DNA from: Octopus vulgaris | Taxonomy: Eukaryota | Assembly: GCA_951406725.2 (NCBI GenBank) | Contig: OX597821.1 | Span: 74,834,001-74,898,000, forward strand | Direction: 5' to 3' | Length of the DNA: 64,000 bases | Shown: piece by piece, positions 15,672-28,111 of the stretch | Position numbering within the stretch: the first letter of the stretch is position 1 | Layout of the letters: each line of letters begins with the position of its first letter | Notes under the pieces: model-generated | Seen by the model: the letters and a program-made list of their open reading frames with translations, nothing else | The model's database searches: none | Told to the model about the DNA's origin: nothing | Made by a program: the position numbers and the translations under genes

Positions 15672-15730
15672 CCGGGGCTGAACTCTGCTCCGGCATCAGT
15701 TAGAAGATGCCGCAGTAGACTTCAGCCCCG
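15672..15730. other. GC-rich 59-nt hairpin, possible mini-MITE
   Basis: cggggctgaa...ggcatc[agttagaa]gatgcc...ttcagccccg followed by TA. Confidence 0.6.
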
Positions 15731-15754
15731 TATGCGTGTGTGTGTGTGTATTTA

Positions 15755-15792
<38 letters not shown>

Positions 15793-15798
15793 TGTATA

Positions 15799-15836
<38 letters not shown>

Positions 15837-15854
15837 TATACAGTATATCTATGT

Positions 15855-16250
15855 ATCTTTTACATTTTACTTGTTTCAGTTATTAAATGGCGGCCATGCT
15901 GTAGCAGCCTCTTGAGGGTATTTTTAATCAAATGAATGGACTCCAGGTCATATTTTTTTAAAGTCTGATACTTATTCTAACTTCTCCTTTGCCGAACCGC
16001 TAAGTTACAGATGTGTAAACTCACTAACACCGGTTGTCAAGCGGTGGTAGGAGAAAACACACATGCAAATGTATACACGCACACACATTTACAAATGCGA
16101 CAGGCTTCTTTCAGTTTCCATCTATCAAATTCACTCACAAGGCTTTAGTCAAGCCTTAGCTATAGTAGGAGACACTTGCGCAAGTTGCCATACAGTGGGA
16201 TTGAACTCGGAATCGTGTGGTTGGGAAGAAAACTTCTTACCAGTGACCCA
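15855..16250 (-). mobile_element. SINE family B, near full length, diverged
   Basis: Tail, internal CA tract, CORE-like gacacttgcgcaag and tRNA head cagtgggattgaactcggaatcgtgtggttgg. Confidence 0.88.
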
Positions 16251-17482
16251 CATATATATATATATGTATGTATATGTATGCTCCAAATGCATTTATTAAT
16301 TTAATTTTGACTTGACTCGTCTACCGCAAATCAGTAAAAGATTCTTTTGCTGTATCGATTTCTATATTGGAACAATCATCTATCAGAACTTTCGACACCG
16401 AAGAGAACAAATGAAGTCGAAACAGCGACATCGTAATCAAAGTCTTGTGTTTTTAACCCATCGGTCTCTTTGAGCAATTTTGCTCTCTGTCGGTCGTCTG
16501 ACTAAATTGTTTGTAGGATTCAATATTATTTATACCTTATACAAGAAATATATACGCAATACCCAAAGCAACCGCATAACACAACGCTTTGATTTTACAG
16601 TCGGGTAGAAAGACTTTATACTGGAGACCTTATATATTTCAGAGTGCTGACCGCCATCATGTCACAGTCTCAACTCATTGTACACTTGGAAAATCGGGTG
16701 TACTTCATAATTACGTAATATTTTAAACTCTTCCCTGGTCCTTCGGCTTTGTCAGTTATTGCGTTTCTGATTCCGATGATTGATTTTTATCACCTGTTCC
16801 AAGGTGGTTTCTATGTTGCCATAACAAACTGTCATGCTCTCACACTTACCTACCTTGCTTGCAGTAATTTAAATTTCTTGCCGAAGAACTTTCAAGATTA
16901 CTGAATCCTTGATGTATAAGGTATGTGAGTACCACCACCTCAAGATTTCCACATTTCACGGGTCTTACAGGCTTTCTTGCACTAACAAATTATTTAGAAT
17001 GCTAAGAAAATTAAAATTCCAAGAAAATTCAGTGAATTTCGGTTACAAAGATTTTCCATCGAATCACCAGCCCCTAACTTATAAATCCCAGTTGCATTAA
17101 AAAAAATCCCTGCCTTCTTGTAGATTATTTCTTCACTTTGAAACTATCATATAACATACAAGGCTGGAAGACGTCTAATCCTTGATAAAGCAATGTGGAA
17201 GGTTGAGATACTAAAGTTATTTCTGCCTTGTATATGGCGTTTAGTGTAACCATGCACTTGAGTTCCGTATTTCCAGTGTTTACACAGCGTGGCGTTGTGA
17301 TACACGCTGCGAATCATCATGATACAGGCAACTCTTTTTCCAATATTCTGATCGCTTCTGGACCTCCATGTCTGCTAACTTTTTCTCAGCAACAGTCTAA
17401 TTTTTTAATGCTCTCCAACGCCGTTCACTGTTCACGAATACACCAAGCACTTCTAAAAGAAAAGAAAGATACATAAATCGTC

Positions 17483-17505
17483 AAATTTAGCCCGAACACC
17501 CTGTA
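17483..17505 (-). mobile_element. Tc1/mariner-type TIR end (TA|cagggtgttcgggctaaattt)
   Basis: TA plus CAGGGTG terminus; the partner end was not identified. Confidence 0.45.
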
Positions 17506-17606
17506 TTATATATTTATATGAATATATGCATGTGTGTGCGCGTGTTTGTGTATGCGTGTATATATATATATACACACAGACTATATATATATATATATAC
17601 ACACAC

Positions 17607-17650
<44 letters not shown>

Positions 17651-17831
17651 CCCCACGCACACATATATTCATATTTAGTTTTAGATATACATATCTAATC
17701 ATTATATACAGAGGTATAGACAAGTATATATGTGTCCTTGTGCATTGTGCAAAATTAAGTGTTTGGATATATATATGTGCGTGTGTGTTAGTTGAATACT
17801 TGTTTTTCTCGATACATGTCTGTCTATATAT

Positions 17832-17902
<71 letters not shown>

Positions 17903-19001
17903 TGTGTGTGTGTGTGTGTGTGTGTATGTACGTGTATGTACTTGTATAAATCACCTGTAATACCAATGTATGTTGGATTTTTTTTTGCGTCCATAAGTCT
18001 GATAATATATGCCAGTCCCTGTATACTTTTACATTTAATTTTCACTTAAATCCTGTTAGTTATTTTCATCCGTTAAATTGCCTCCATTTCTTCTTAATTC
18101 TCTGTCGCTTCTTTACTTCCTAATCGTCTAGCTCAATTGCTCTCAGCTTGATATACATACCAGCTCTCACCACTTAAGATATAGGGGCAATATTTTGAAC
18201 TTGCTCTTTATTTTTGACGAGACAAAATATAGTTTGTATCTGTGTAATTCATACGTCTCCGCTGCGTGTTGATTTGTTTTAAATATTCAAGTCAAATTTA
18301 GAACTTTCTTAAGAACTGGCAATTTGTCTTTCCCGGCTCAATTCTAACAAGCCCTGCCATGCGGCTTCTCCTTCTGCGAGAAGCACTCTTGAAGCTCTTT
18401 CTTTCCTCCTTACAACATCATGCCGCTTTTTTTTTCTGTCTATTTATACCTTTAATTACTTTAATTAGAAACCTCGTTAATGGCGGAACTTCAGCATAGC
18501 CTATGATACTGTTTTTCCGGCTCATAAAATAAACAAATTCTATTTGGTATAGCTTCTGATTTCAGTTAACATTTTCTTGTTTTCATTGTTCCTTAAAACA
18601 CGCACATCACCAACCCCGCTTAACACACGTAAGTACTCGTGCAATTATTTCCACACATATTCTTAACGGTTCCTGTTACTGGTTTCCTGTCGTGTCAACC
18701 ATGTTCTGACCAGACTGAGTATGTAGTACATTCATGTTCGTCTGAAACAGTATTACAAGCGTAAACGAAGTAATTTATTGCTCAGCTAGTAATGGAACAC
18801 CAGTTGGTGAACCCAACTCGGCAGGGGATAAACTTGCCGAACATGTAAAACACTTAGTGATTGATTAATTTATCACTAAAGTATTTTATTGAAGACGGTA
18901 TTGTTACTGATGTTGTTGCTCAAAACCACGTCAGCTGTGAAGCAGTAGATCTATGCTTGCTCCAGACGTGACCATCTTGTCTTAATATTTTAAAGACATA
19001 A

Positions 19002-19685
19002 AGTGGCGAGTAGGCACAAACATTAGCACACAGGGCGAAATGCTTACCGGTATTACGTCTGTCTTTACGTTCTGAGTTCAAATTCCGCCGAGGTCGACTT
19101 TGCCTTTCATTCTTTCGGGATCAATAAATTAAGTACCATCATGCGTACTGGGGTCGATCTAAATCGACTGGAACCCTCCCCCAAATGTTAGGCCTTGTGG
19201 TTAGAGTAGAAAGGAATATTTTACTAGTTTAAGGTGGCAAACTGGCAGAGACGTTAGCACGCCGGGTGAAATGCTTAGCGGTATTTCGTCTGCCGTTACG
19301 TTCTGAGTTCAAATTCCGCCGAGGTCGACTTTGCCTTTCATTTTTTCGGGGTCGATTAGATAAGTACCAGTTACGCACTAGGGTCGATATAATCTACTTA
19401 ATCCATTTGTCTGTCCTTGTTTGTCCTCTCTGTGTTTAGCCCCTTGTGGGTAGTAAAGAAATAAGTAACGGCGAGGTGGCAGAAACGTTAGCACGCCGGG
19501 CCGAATGATTTGTGGTATTTTGTCTGCCCTTACGTTCTGAGTTCAGATTCCGCCGAGGTTGACTTTACCTTCCATCCTTTCGGGATCGATAAATTAAGTA
19601 CCTATTACATACTGGGGTCGATTTAATCGAAGCCCCATCCACACAAAAAATTTCGGGCCTTGTGCCTAGAATAGAAATGAACATT
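19002..19685 (+). mobile_element. Three head-to-tail SINE family A copies (19002-19220, 19232-19465, 19468-19685)
   Basis: Three heads and bodies with two tail types. Flanks aatattttaaagacat (about 18985) and aacattttaaagatat (about 19680). Confidence 0.92.
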
Positions 19686-19954
19686 TTAAAGATATGTTTT
19701 TATCGTTTATGTTTTACTAGTTTCAGTCATTAGACAGCGGCCATAGAGGAGCACCACATTGAAAAATTTTTAGTTGATTGAATCGACACAGTATTTGTAT
19801 TTTAGGAGGGAACTAATACATATTCTATCCGTCTCTTTTGCATAACCGTTAAGTTACGAGGACGTAAACACATCGACATTGGTTGTCAAAATGTGTGGGG
19901 ACACACACAAAGGCACACGCATACGCACACATACACACACACATACACGCATAC

Positions 19955-20031
<77 letters not shown>

Positions 20032-20042
20032 CATATATATAT

Positions 20043-20342
20043 CGGGGCACTCCGGCGGTTACCTCGACAAAGGTTCTAGTTGATCCGATCAACGGAACAG
20101 CCTGCTTGTGAAATTAGCGTGCAAGCAGCTGAGCACTCCACAGACACGTGTACCCTTAAAGTAGTTCTCGGGGAGATTCAGCGTGACAAAGCTGGCCCCT
20201 TCGAAATACAAGTAAAACAGAAACAGGAAGGAAGAGTGAAAATGTGGTGAAAGAATACAGCAGACTTCACCACCATCCTCTGCCGGGGTCTAGTGGAGTT
20301 TTACATGTTTTCGCTGAATAAACACTCACAACGCCCGGTCTG
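20043..20342 (-). mobile_element. SINE family C (tail type 1), 5' truncated
   Basis: Reverse complement of the body and tail at 33288-33592. Confidence 0.9.
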
Positions 20343-20347
20343 TGTGA

Positions 20348-20420
<73 letters not shown>

Positions 20421-20500
20421 AATGAAGTATAAGGAAATAAAAAATTGTATGTGTTGACGATTTTTAATTCATAATTCAGGTTGGTACAGATCCAATATAA

Positions 20501-20590
20501 ATTCTACAAGCTGTTTCGGAATCTAATTAATTCCAAAGACAAAAAGAAGCTAGTCTCTTTGAAATATAAATTAGATTCTTCGTCAGGAAT
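20501..20590 (-). ncRNA. Type I hammerhead ribozyme motif, Penelope-like element type
   Basis: Minus strand: attc-CTGACGA-A-GAATCTAATT-[loop]-AATTAGATTC-C-GAAAC-AGCTT-GTA-gaat. Helix I attc/gaat, 10-bp helix II, near-palindromic helix III, GUA cleavage triplet. Confidence 0.8.
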
Positions 20591-20734
20591 GGATAATTAC
20601 GACCAGCAAAAATATACAAAGACCTGTCATTGCCCAGACGGGAACGAACAAACAATAATCGTGGATGTTTGATATCCCTCTGAAGGATTTCTGTCCTCAT
20701 ATCTTTTATATAAATATATATATATATATTTTTT

Positions 20735-21000
20735 TCCGACCAGTCCATCAGATGTAGTTACACATCGCTGGTCACAATGCATTCGCATTGTTTTAGCCTT
20801 CGAATGACGCCACCCCGCTGGCTAAGCGAGCAGGCCAACAGAAGAAAGAGTGGGAGAAAGAGTGGTGAAAGAGTACAGCAGGGATCACCACCCCCTGCCG
20901 GAGCCTCGTGGAGCTTTTAGGTGTTTTCGCTCAATAAACACTCACAACACCCGGTCTGGGAATCGAAACCGCGATCCTACGACCGCGAGTCTGCTGCCCT
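20735..21000 (-). mobile_element. SINE family C (tail type 2)
   Basis: Same head and body as 33222 (agggcagcagactcgcggtcgtaggatcgcggtttcgattcccagacc) but a different 3' tail (...tgtgaccagcgatgtgtaactacatctgatggactggtc). Confidence 0.9.
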
Positions 21001-22124
21001 ATATATATAAATATATATACGAATTCTTTCAGTTTCCTTCTACGAAATCTACTCAAAAGCCTTTTGTCGGACCGAGGCCGTAGTAGAAGACAATTGCCGA
21101 AGGTTGCACGCAGTGGGACTTGAACCCTGGATCGTGTGGTTGGGAAGTAAATTTATTATCGCGTACCTACGTTAAGTTTTGTTTTTGTTAGAATATGGGC
21201 AATGAGTGGACCGGCATTTGTCTACTATATATACCGAATGTAGTTTCGTTTAGATGTATAGATTTTAGATTGATAAATTATTTATTTCATTTCCTCGTCC
21301 ACACACCAAACGATGACGCCATTTTCTCTTCCAGACAAATGACAAATCTTAAAACGTTAGATTCTACACCACATCACGTCAATCGCACTTTTTGATTTCT
21401 CCTTATGAACTCTTGTCATTTTCTTTTCTTTTTTTTACTTAGGTGTAATTACCATGATGATCTAATCTCGTTCCTTTAGTAAGTCTCTGATAAGTGTGCA
21501 CCAAATGCACCATATGTTCTTCTCTGCGTTGCCCACGCTCTTTTTCTTTGATTTAGATGTTTTGGAAATCATGTTTACAATAATATATAACGATTGACTT
21601 CATCTTTAGAGAATACATAGGTGTCTGCTACAAAAATTAATTGGCTGAATCATTTGAACATTGAACAAAATCCTTTCCTATTTATTCAAGTTTTTCATTC
21701 GTTCTGGGTTCAATCGCCACGTTATCGATTTTGCTTTACATCTTCTAAGGTAAAAAATGAAAGAACCAGTCTAGAATGGTAGACGGGCGCAAATGTAAGA
21801 GCATCAAGTGGGATATTTGGCAGAGTCTGTTACGGAGCCTTGGTTTCGGATTTCAATATTCGCTGTGGCCTACGTGGGAAGGAGACATAATCTGCTGCTG
21901 AAAAACGTGAGTACCAGGGTAGGATTTGAACCCATGTCGTTAAGAGCCGAGACGAATATGATGAGGTAAACTGTTCGATTCTGTAATTATTCTGTCAGTC
22001 CACTGAAAGCGATGATGGAAAAACCAAGACTTCTCCTGATGCCTTGTGGAAGTAACAAAGAGAAATGTTGTTAGGAAATGGGATATACTACGATCGCCAC
22101 CATATCTTTTAATCATTTAATCTT

Positions 22125-22330
22125 TTAATCTTTTACTTGTTTCAGCTGTTTGACTGTGGCCATGCTGGAGCACCGCCTTTAGTAGAGCAAATCGACCCCA
22201 GGACTTATTCTTTGTAAGCCTAGTACTTATGCTCTCGGTCTCTTTTTGCCGAACCGCTCAGTTATGAGGACGTAAACACACCAGCATCGGTTGTCAAGCG
22301 ATGGTGGGGAACAATCACAGACACAAACAT
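22125..22330 (-). mobile_element. SINE family B, 3' half
   Basis: High similarity to 12533-12770. Confidence 0.9.
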
Positions 22331-23139
22331 ATATAAAATGTTAATATTGCTGATAGATTTGACAGAATATAAATATTTATATACCAAAGACTACCTTGTT
22401 TAATGAACTTTTCATTTTTTAAGATAGTATGGCATGAGTTGAGGCTGATTTGGTTGCTATGTCTGCAACCACGCATAGGTTCTGTTCATTGGTTTGTATA
22501 ATATGATGTTGTTTACATCGATAAAATTACATTGTGACACATTTGCATATCTATTATGCTTCATGTCCTTGTTAGCTGTTATTTGATGTTATCCTATAAG
22601 TATAGCTTATCTCCAGGATTAATGTATTCTGTGACCTATCATTCAGAAACTTGTGATTTTCTAACTGATAGGTCACACAAAACAACACTGTCTGCCCTCC
22701 ATTAATGTAAGTCTTAACGATAAGTTTAGGTGACCCCATCCCATCAAACGTCTACAATTACGTGAGAAAATAAATCTTAATTTCGTATCAACCAAAGATA
22801 TTCTGATGTGAAGATCATGCCTTACCTGAGGTCATTAATACTATAAAGAATGTGATTTAGCTTCAGGTGATGCTTGAATTGTTATAATTGTTATTGCGCA
22901 GTTCTTTACAAACATTACGTTCTGTTCCATCACTCCAAATACCGTACTTTACAAAAGAAATGGTACGGTTGGCTGAATATACCACGTAATTATATTTCTC
23001 TCCTCTTCCCAGCACCAATAGTTCTGTAAGCCGTATTCCTAAAGAGAAACACTCTACATCCACTGCCCGCTTTGCATCCAAGTCTAAAGAATAGATCTTT
23101 GGTCAATTATCATCAAATCCGTCCCTTTTTACTGCACTC

Positions 23140-23500
23140 AGTCCTCAACTGAGGAAATATCTCGACTTGCTTCAAATCAACAAAAACCACTGGATCTAAC
23201 TTCCCTCCATTGACCCTATAAACACCCAGCTCTTTAATCTTTCATTCTCTACTGGAATGTATCTTGACATTGGCGGCCAGTAGGTTTGCAGATCAGAGAG
23301 CCATTAAGATTGATGTTCTCTAAAGTCTTCAATTTATCTCTTCCTTCAGTAATCACTTTTACAGTTTGCACAGAAGCAGATCTACTGGAGACCTGCCGTT
23401 TATGTCCCTCACCAATGACCTTACAATTTACAGAATTTCGGTGAAAGCAATGCTGTTGCCCTTGATATCATCAAAATGTTTGATAGTATTTGGCGTCCGA
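23140..23500 (+). pseudogene. CR1/Crack/Jockey-group LINE reverse transcriptase remnant
   Basis: Frame-shifted motifs LRKYLDLLQINKTTGS (K..GPD), TQLFNLSFSTG, HRSRSTGDL (FR..RST) and AVALDIIKMFDSIW (LDxxKAFDxVW). Confidence 0.75.
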
Positions 23501-23533
23501 AAACGTCTCATCTACAGGCTCTGCTAATATGAT

Positions 23534-24416
23534 ATTACATGGAAAATGCGAGCAAAAAAAGGAATATTCTTAACATTATAAACCTGGAGAAGTACAGGAC
23601 AAGTTATTACACTTGGAAAGGTTCAGGACAAGTTGTAACATCTGGTAAAGTACAGAACAAGAAAATGTTTACTTAAAATATTGCAGCTAAGGATAAAATT
23701 TTAAATAAAATATTTTGATTTAGAAAATATTAGCTGTTAGTAAAACTAAAAAGGTTATTACAAGTTATTACTTCTATGTGTTATTACTTGTTACTTCTAT
23801 TAAAAATAATAAAAAGATCAGTTAAAATATTTTTTGCATTTTAACAAATTCATTGTTTAATTATTAATTGATTATTAGAAGTTTGAAAATAGGTTATACA
23901 AATAATAGTAGTACAGAATTACCTATTACAATAAATAAAATAATACAAAAATTAGTTATATATTACAGTTGAATCTACCTATAACAAGAAATTCACAGTA
24001 AAATTTGCCCGAGTTATTGCCTAAGTTCTTGCCAAGTCTTCACATTTTTAGTCTTGACCCATTGCCTGTTTTTTACATAATGAATTTGCCTACCATTTTT
24101 ACTATTCTATTTTGCATAAAACTTTAGCTATATTGGTACTTCTAGCTCTCATTTTTTAAGTATTCTAGTGTGTCAATATTTTAACAAAATGGTGGTCCCT
24201 TTGTTAATTATAATGTTACTTTGTAAATTAAAATCAAATAATTTTCATATTCAAATTTTATCTTTAGCTGCAATATTTTAAGTAAAAATGTTCTTGTTCT
24301 GTACTTTACAAGATGAAATAACTTGTCCTGAACTTTTCCATGTATAATAACTGTACTTTTTCCAGGTTTGTAATATTAAGAATATTATTTTTCTTACTCG
24401 CATTTCCCCATGTAAT
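23534..24416. mobile_element. Long-TIR MITE / fold-back element
   Basis: About 190-bp imperfect TIRs (attacatgg...ttttgattta at 23534-23722 and its reverse complement at 24228-24416). Internal subrepeats gt(a/t)cag(g/a)acaag; AT-rich core. Confidence 0.85.
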
Positions 24417-26097
24417 CCATGTTTTTCCAGGTTACACTATTATGCTAATAAATAATGTGTCGAATGTGTCAATAAGCGATGTCGTTGATAATTTGTTCCT
24501 TACCTCAATGACGCCGGTGTCATATATTAAAAGCCCCCTTATAGAATTATGTTCCTAAAAATATAGAACTATATTATCACCCTCAAATTTGAGAATCAAA
24601 CACTCATAACATTTTTCTTTTAAAACTTCATTGCATGAGATTGATACCAAGAACTTCTTCCAATTGAGCTCTATCATTTAAGATTAATTAAAATCTAGTT
24701 TGCTTTTAAAATAAAAAAAGTTAATTATACTTAAATCCAATGTTTGCCTTTCATATATTTTTAATGATATTTTACCTCACAGCTATTTTGATACAAATTT
24801 TTATTGCATGGGACCAAATCTATGAAATTCCTCATGCTTTCGTCTATAATTACAGCTAAGATGTTATTTTTAAAATTAAAAAAATATTATTTAGATCTAA
24901 ACTTGATTGGAGGGTTACTTGTTCTCCTATAACGTTACAAGAAATTTTGATGTAAACATCTACTGGACCAAATCTCAATTATTTTTATGCTAAAATGTAG
25001 CTACAGCCCAGTCCTCTTCAAAAAATGTTAACAGTTTTCAATTTGGTTAAGAGGTGAATTAAAGACAAGGCTCTGAAGATGATGCGTGTGAATAAATTGC
25101 GGCCTTAAACATTTTATTCAGCTACTACGGTAGATGAATGATATCTTGGGCTGGTAATTTTCTTTTTAGTCGCACCACAGCAGCATGTGTTGACGGAACA
25201 ATTTCTAGCCTATTTTCAATTAACTCTGTTCTTTCTATAATTCAATGTTCTTTTTGTCACCAAATCTAACTGTGCCTCCTCTTATGCAACTTCCTTCCTC
25301 TCCAACCTTCTCCAACCAATCCTCATCCATACTCAATGAAGGATCACACGCCAAACGTTCACTGATTCCTGGAATTGAGGCTTTGAAAGCATTTTTCAGC
25401 GGAGTCATACCAAACTTGTCTCATTTCAAAGTCTAAAAGCTCAAGCACTCCTTTGTAAATGCATTTCAAATTTAAAAGGAACAAGTATAATTTTAATTGG
25501 ACTATTATCAGCTACGCACCATCGTACAATATTGGCAGTTCTACATTTGATGTTTGCCTTGAAGAAATGTATTATATAATTACTTCTATATTAATATTAT
25601 AAAATTTTAGAGGTAATTTTACAATAAAATGTTGTCACAAAATTCGGAGGGTATTTAGATATATCAATTCTTAAATAAATTTGCTTTTCGTTAATTATGT
25701 AAGTTTATTTTTTTTAAATGTTAAGTATATTCAATAACTAATTTTCGTGACGTTGAATCTCTATGCTTTTAATTAGCATCATAGAGATCATAGAGATCAA
25801 ATGTTTATTTGTATCAATTCGTTATTCACTGACGTCACCAGGAATTAAAAACAAAAAATTGCTTTTTTAGATTATATTTCTTCTTATAATTCATTTTTAG
25901 ATTATATTTTCTTAGGTCACTTTGAATTTAACTAACGTTTTATCGTTTTGAAAGCGTTGAGTTAAATATTTTAGAATATATTAATTTAAAGGATATTTTC
26001 TGTATCTAAGCATGTTCAGACAACTAAAACGATCGTCGGCTTTGTATGGTGAATTCGACAATTATAGATGTGATGTTCTCTATCTCCATTTTTTTTC

Positions 26098-26152
<55 letters not shown>

Positions 26153-26414
26153 ATATATATATATATATATATATACATAGACATATGTGTGTGCGTGTGT
26201 TAATAGCTGGTAAGGAAACCGTTATGCAACAATAATACACTATCGAGTATATTAAAAGATTATAAGTGAATGCTGTGTTCCACCTGTATTAGCAATGCTG
26301 TAAGTTATCTCCTAAGATTCTTTATAGAAACTAGAGCCAGCATCGGAAGCTGCTTCATATACAAATGCCTCTAAACAATGCTAACGAAAAGTTGGAAAAT
26401 AGGTAATAGGTGTA

Positions 26415-26475
<61 letters not shown>

Positions 26476-27374
26476 GTATATGTGCCTTTCATATTGTGTG
26501 AATTATATATAATGATTATCTTGATTGGCACAAAAAAAAGATGATTTCAAATAACAATGGGGAACGACTGCTTGTTCTTTAAGACTGTGTGGGTTTTTTT
26601 TCACCCGACATAATTGGCGTGACAGTGACAAACTCGACACAAAATATGTTAATACAAAATGAAATATATTATTATGGGTTTGGATTTTAGTGTAACTGGA
26701 AAGTCGAATTCTTCGTCAAGCAGATTGGGAAGGCTTTCTCGTTATTTCAGCTAGAGAATTATTTCAAATATTTTAACTTTCTTATACTTTATTCAAGAAA
26801 GAAAAATAAAAGAAAATATAAAAAATCAGACGGCAAAATATATAAAAGTACTGACCTTCTGAATCATCTTTGACAAACATCAGTTTGTAAAATAGAAATA
26901 CAAGATCAAGTTTACAAGAAGAAGAAGCGTAGAAAACCTAGGAAAGTTTAAAGTATAAATTACATGATATTGTCGGTAAAAGTTTTGCTAGGATTTATTT
27001 CAAACACTTTCAAATACAGTTTCCAACATTGATATATACTTTATTTTTTGTGTTTTGGAATTGAATCTTGTTTTGTTTAAATTATCACGTCCTTTCTCTA
27101 TATTGTTGTCTTGTAAAAAGCTTCTCGATGTATTTATCAAGAATAAACAACTGCTATTATGTTTTAGGTCAGCTGGTGAATGTCGCTGTTGGTAATATGA
27201 GCTCCCGTCTTAATAAAAACAAGCAACAAAAAAAGAAAAAAAAAACTTCAGGAAAACAGAAGATAGTGAAATAGAATACAGTAAAAGAATGAGGATAATG
27301 CATTTCCGCACAATAATATAATGGTATCCATTGATAGCCATATAGAAACAAGCATAGATAAATGTAGGTAAATA

Positions 27375-27387
27375 TTCATATATATAC

Positions 27388-27424
<37 letters not shown>

Positions 27425-27697
27425 TATATACATACATAAATATATATATATATGTATGTATATATATACAATACATACATATGTATATATATATGTATGT
27501 ATATTCACATACATATGCACGTACACAGACATATATATATGCATAAAGATATACATACATATATATGCTTCTATACATGCATACATATATGTGTATATTC
27601 AAATATATATATTTGTACTATGTATACATATATGCATAAATATATACTCATATAGATACGCATATTTATATATATACAAGTAAAATATATATATATA

Positions 27698-27760
<63 letters not shown>

Positions 27761-27773
27761 GTATATATATATG

Positions 27774-27839
<66 letters not shown>

Positions 27840-27850
27840 TATATGTATAA
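27375..27850. repeat. Degenerate (TA)n/(TATG)n field
   Basis: Direct inspection. Confidence 0.95.
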
Positions 27851-28071
27851 CAAGAAGGATGAGCATAAACAGACGGCTGTAAATCTAGGAGAAACAATAG
27901 AATAGCGGTTTGGGAAGTAAAATTGGTTGAAATTATGGGATGTAATGGCAGAGTCATCTTACAGACCACTAACAGCCTGTTACTATGTGAAACACATCAG
28001 GAATAACAGTACCCCGAACAACAATTACAACAGCAACAACAACAACAACAACAACAACGATAAAAATTTCT

Positions 28072-28111
<40 letters not shown>

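Larger units (their letters stand above)
19710..21170 (-). mobile_element. SINE family B split by nested insertions (tail 19710-19915, head 21015-21170)
   Basis: Both halves are collinear and in the same orientation, separated by an expanded internal microsatellite that contains other elements. Confidence 0.75.

Noticed and set aside
18050-18430. Purine-rich, coding-like minus-strand stretch
   Set aside because: Multiple stops and no recognisable motif.
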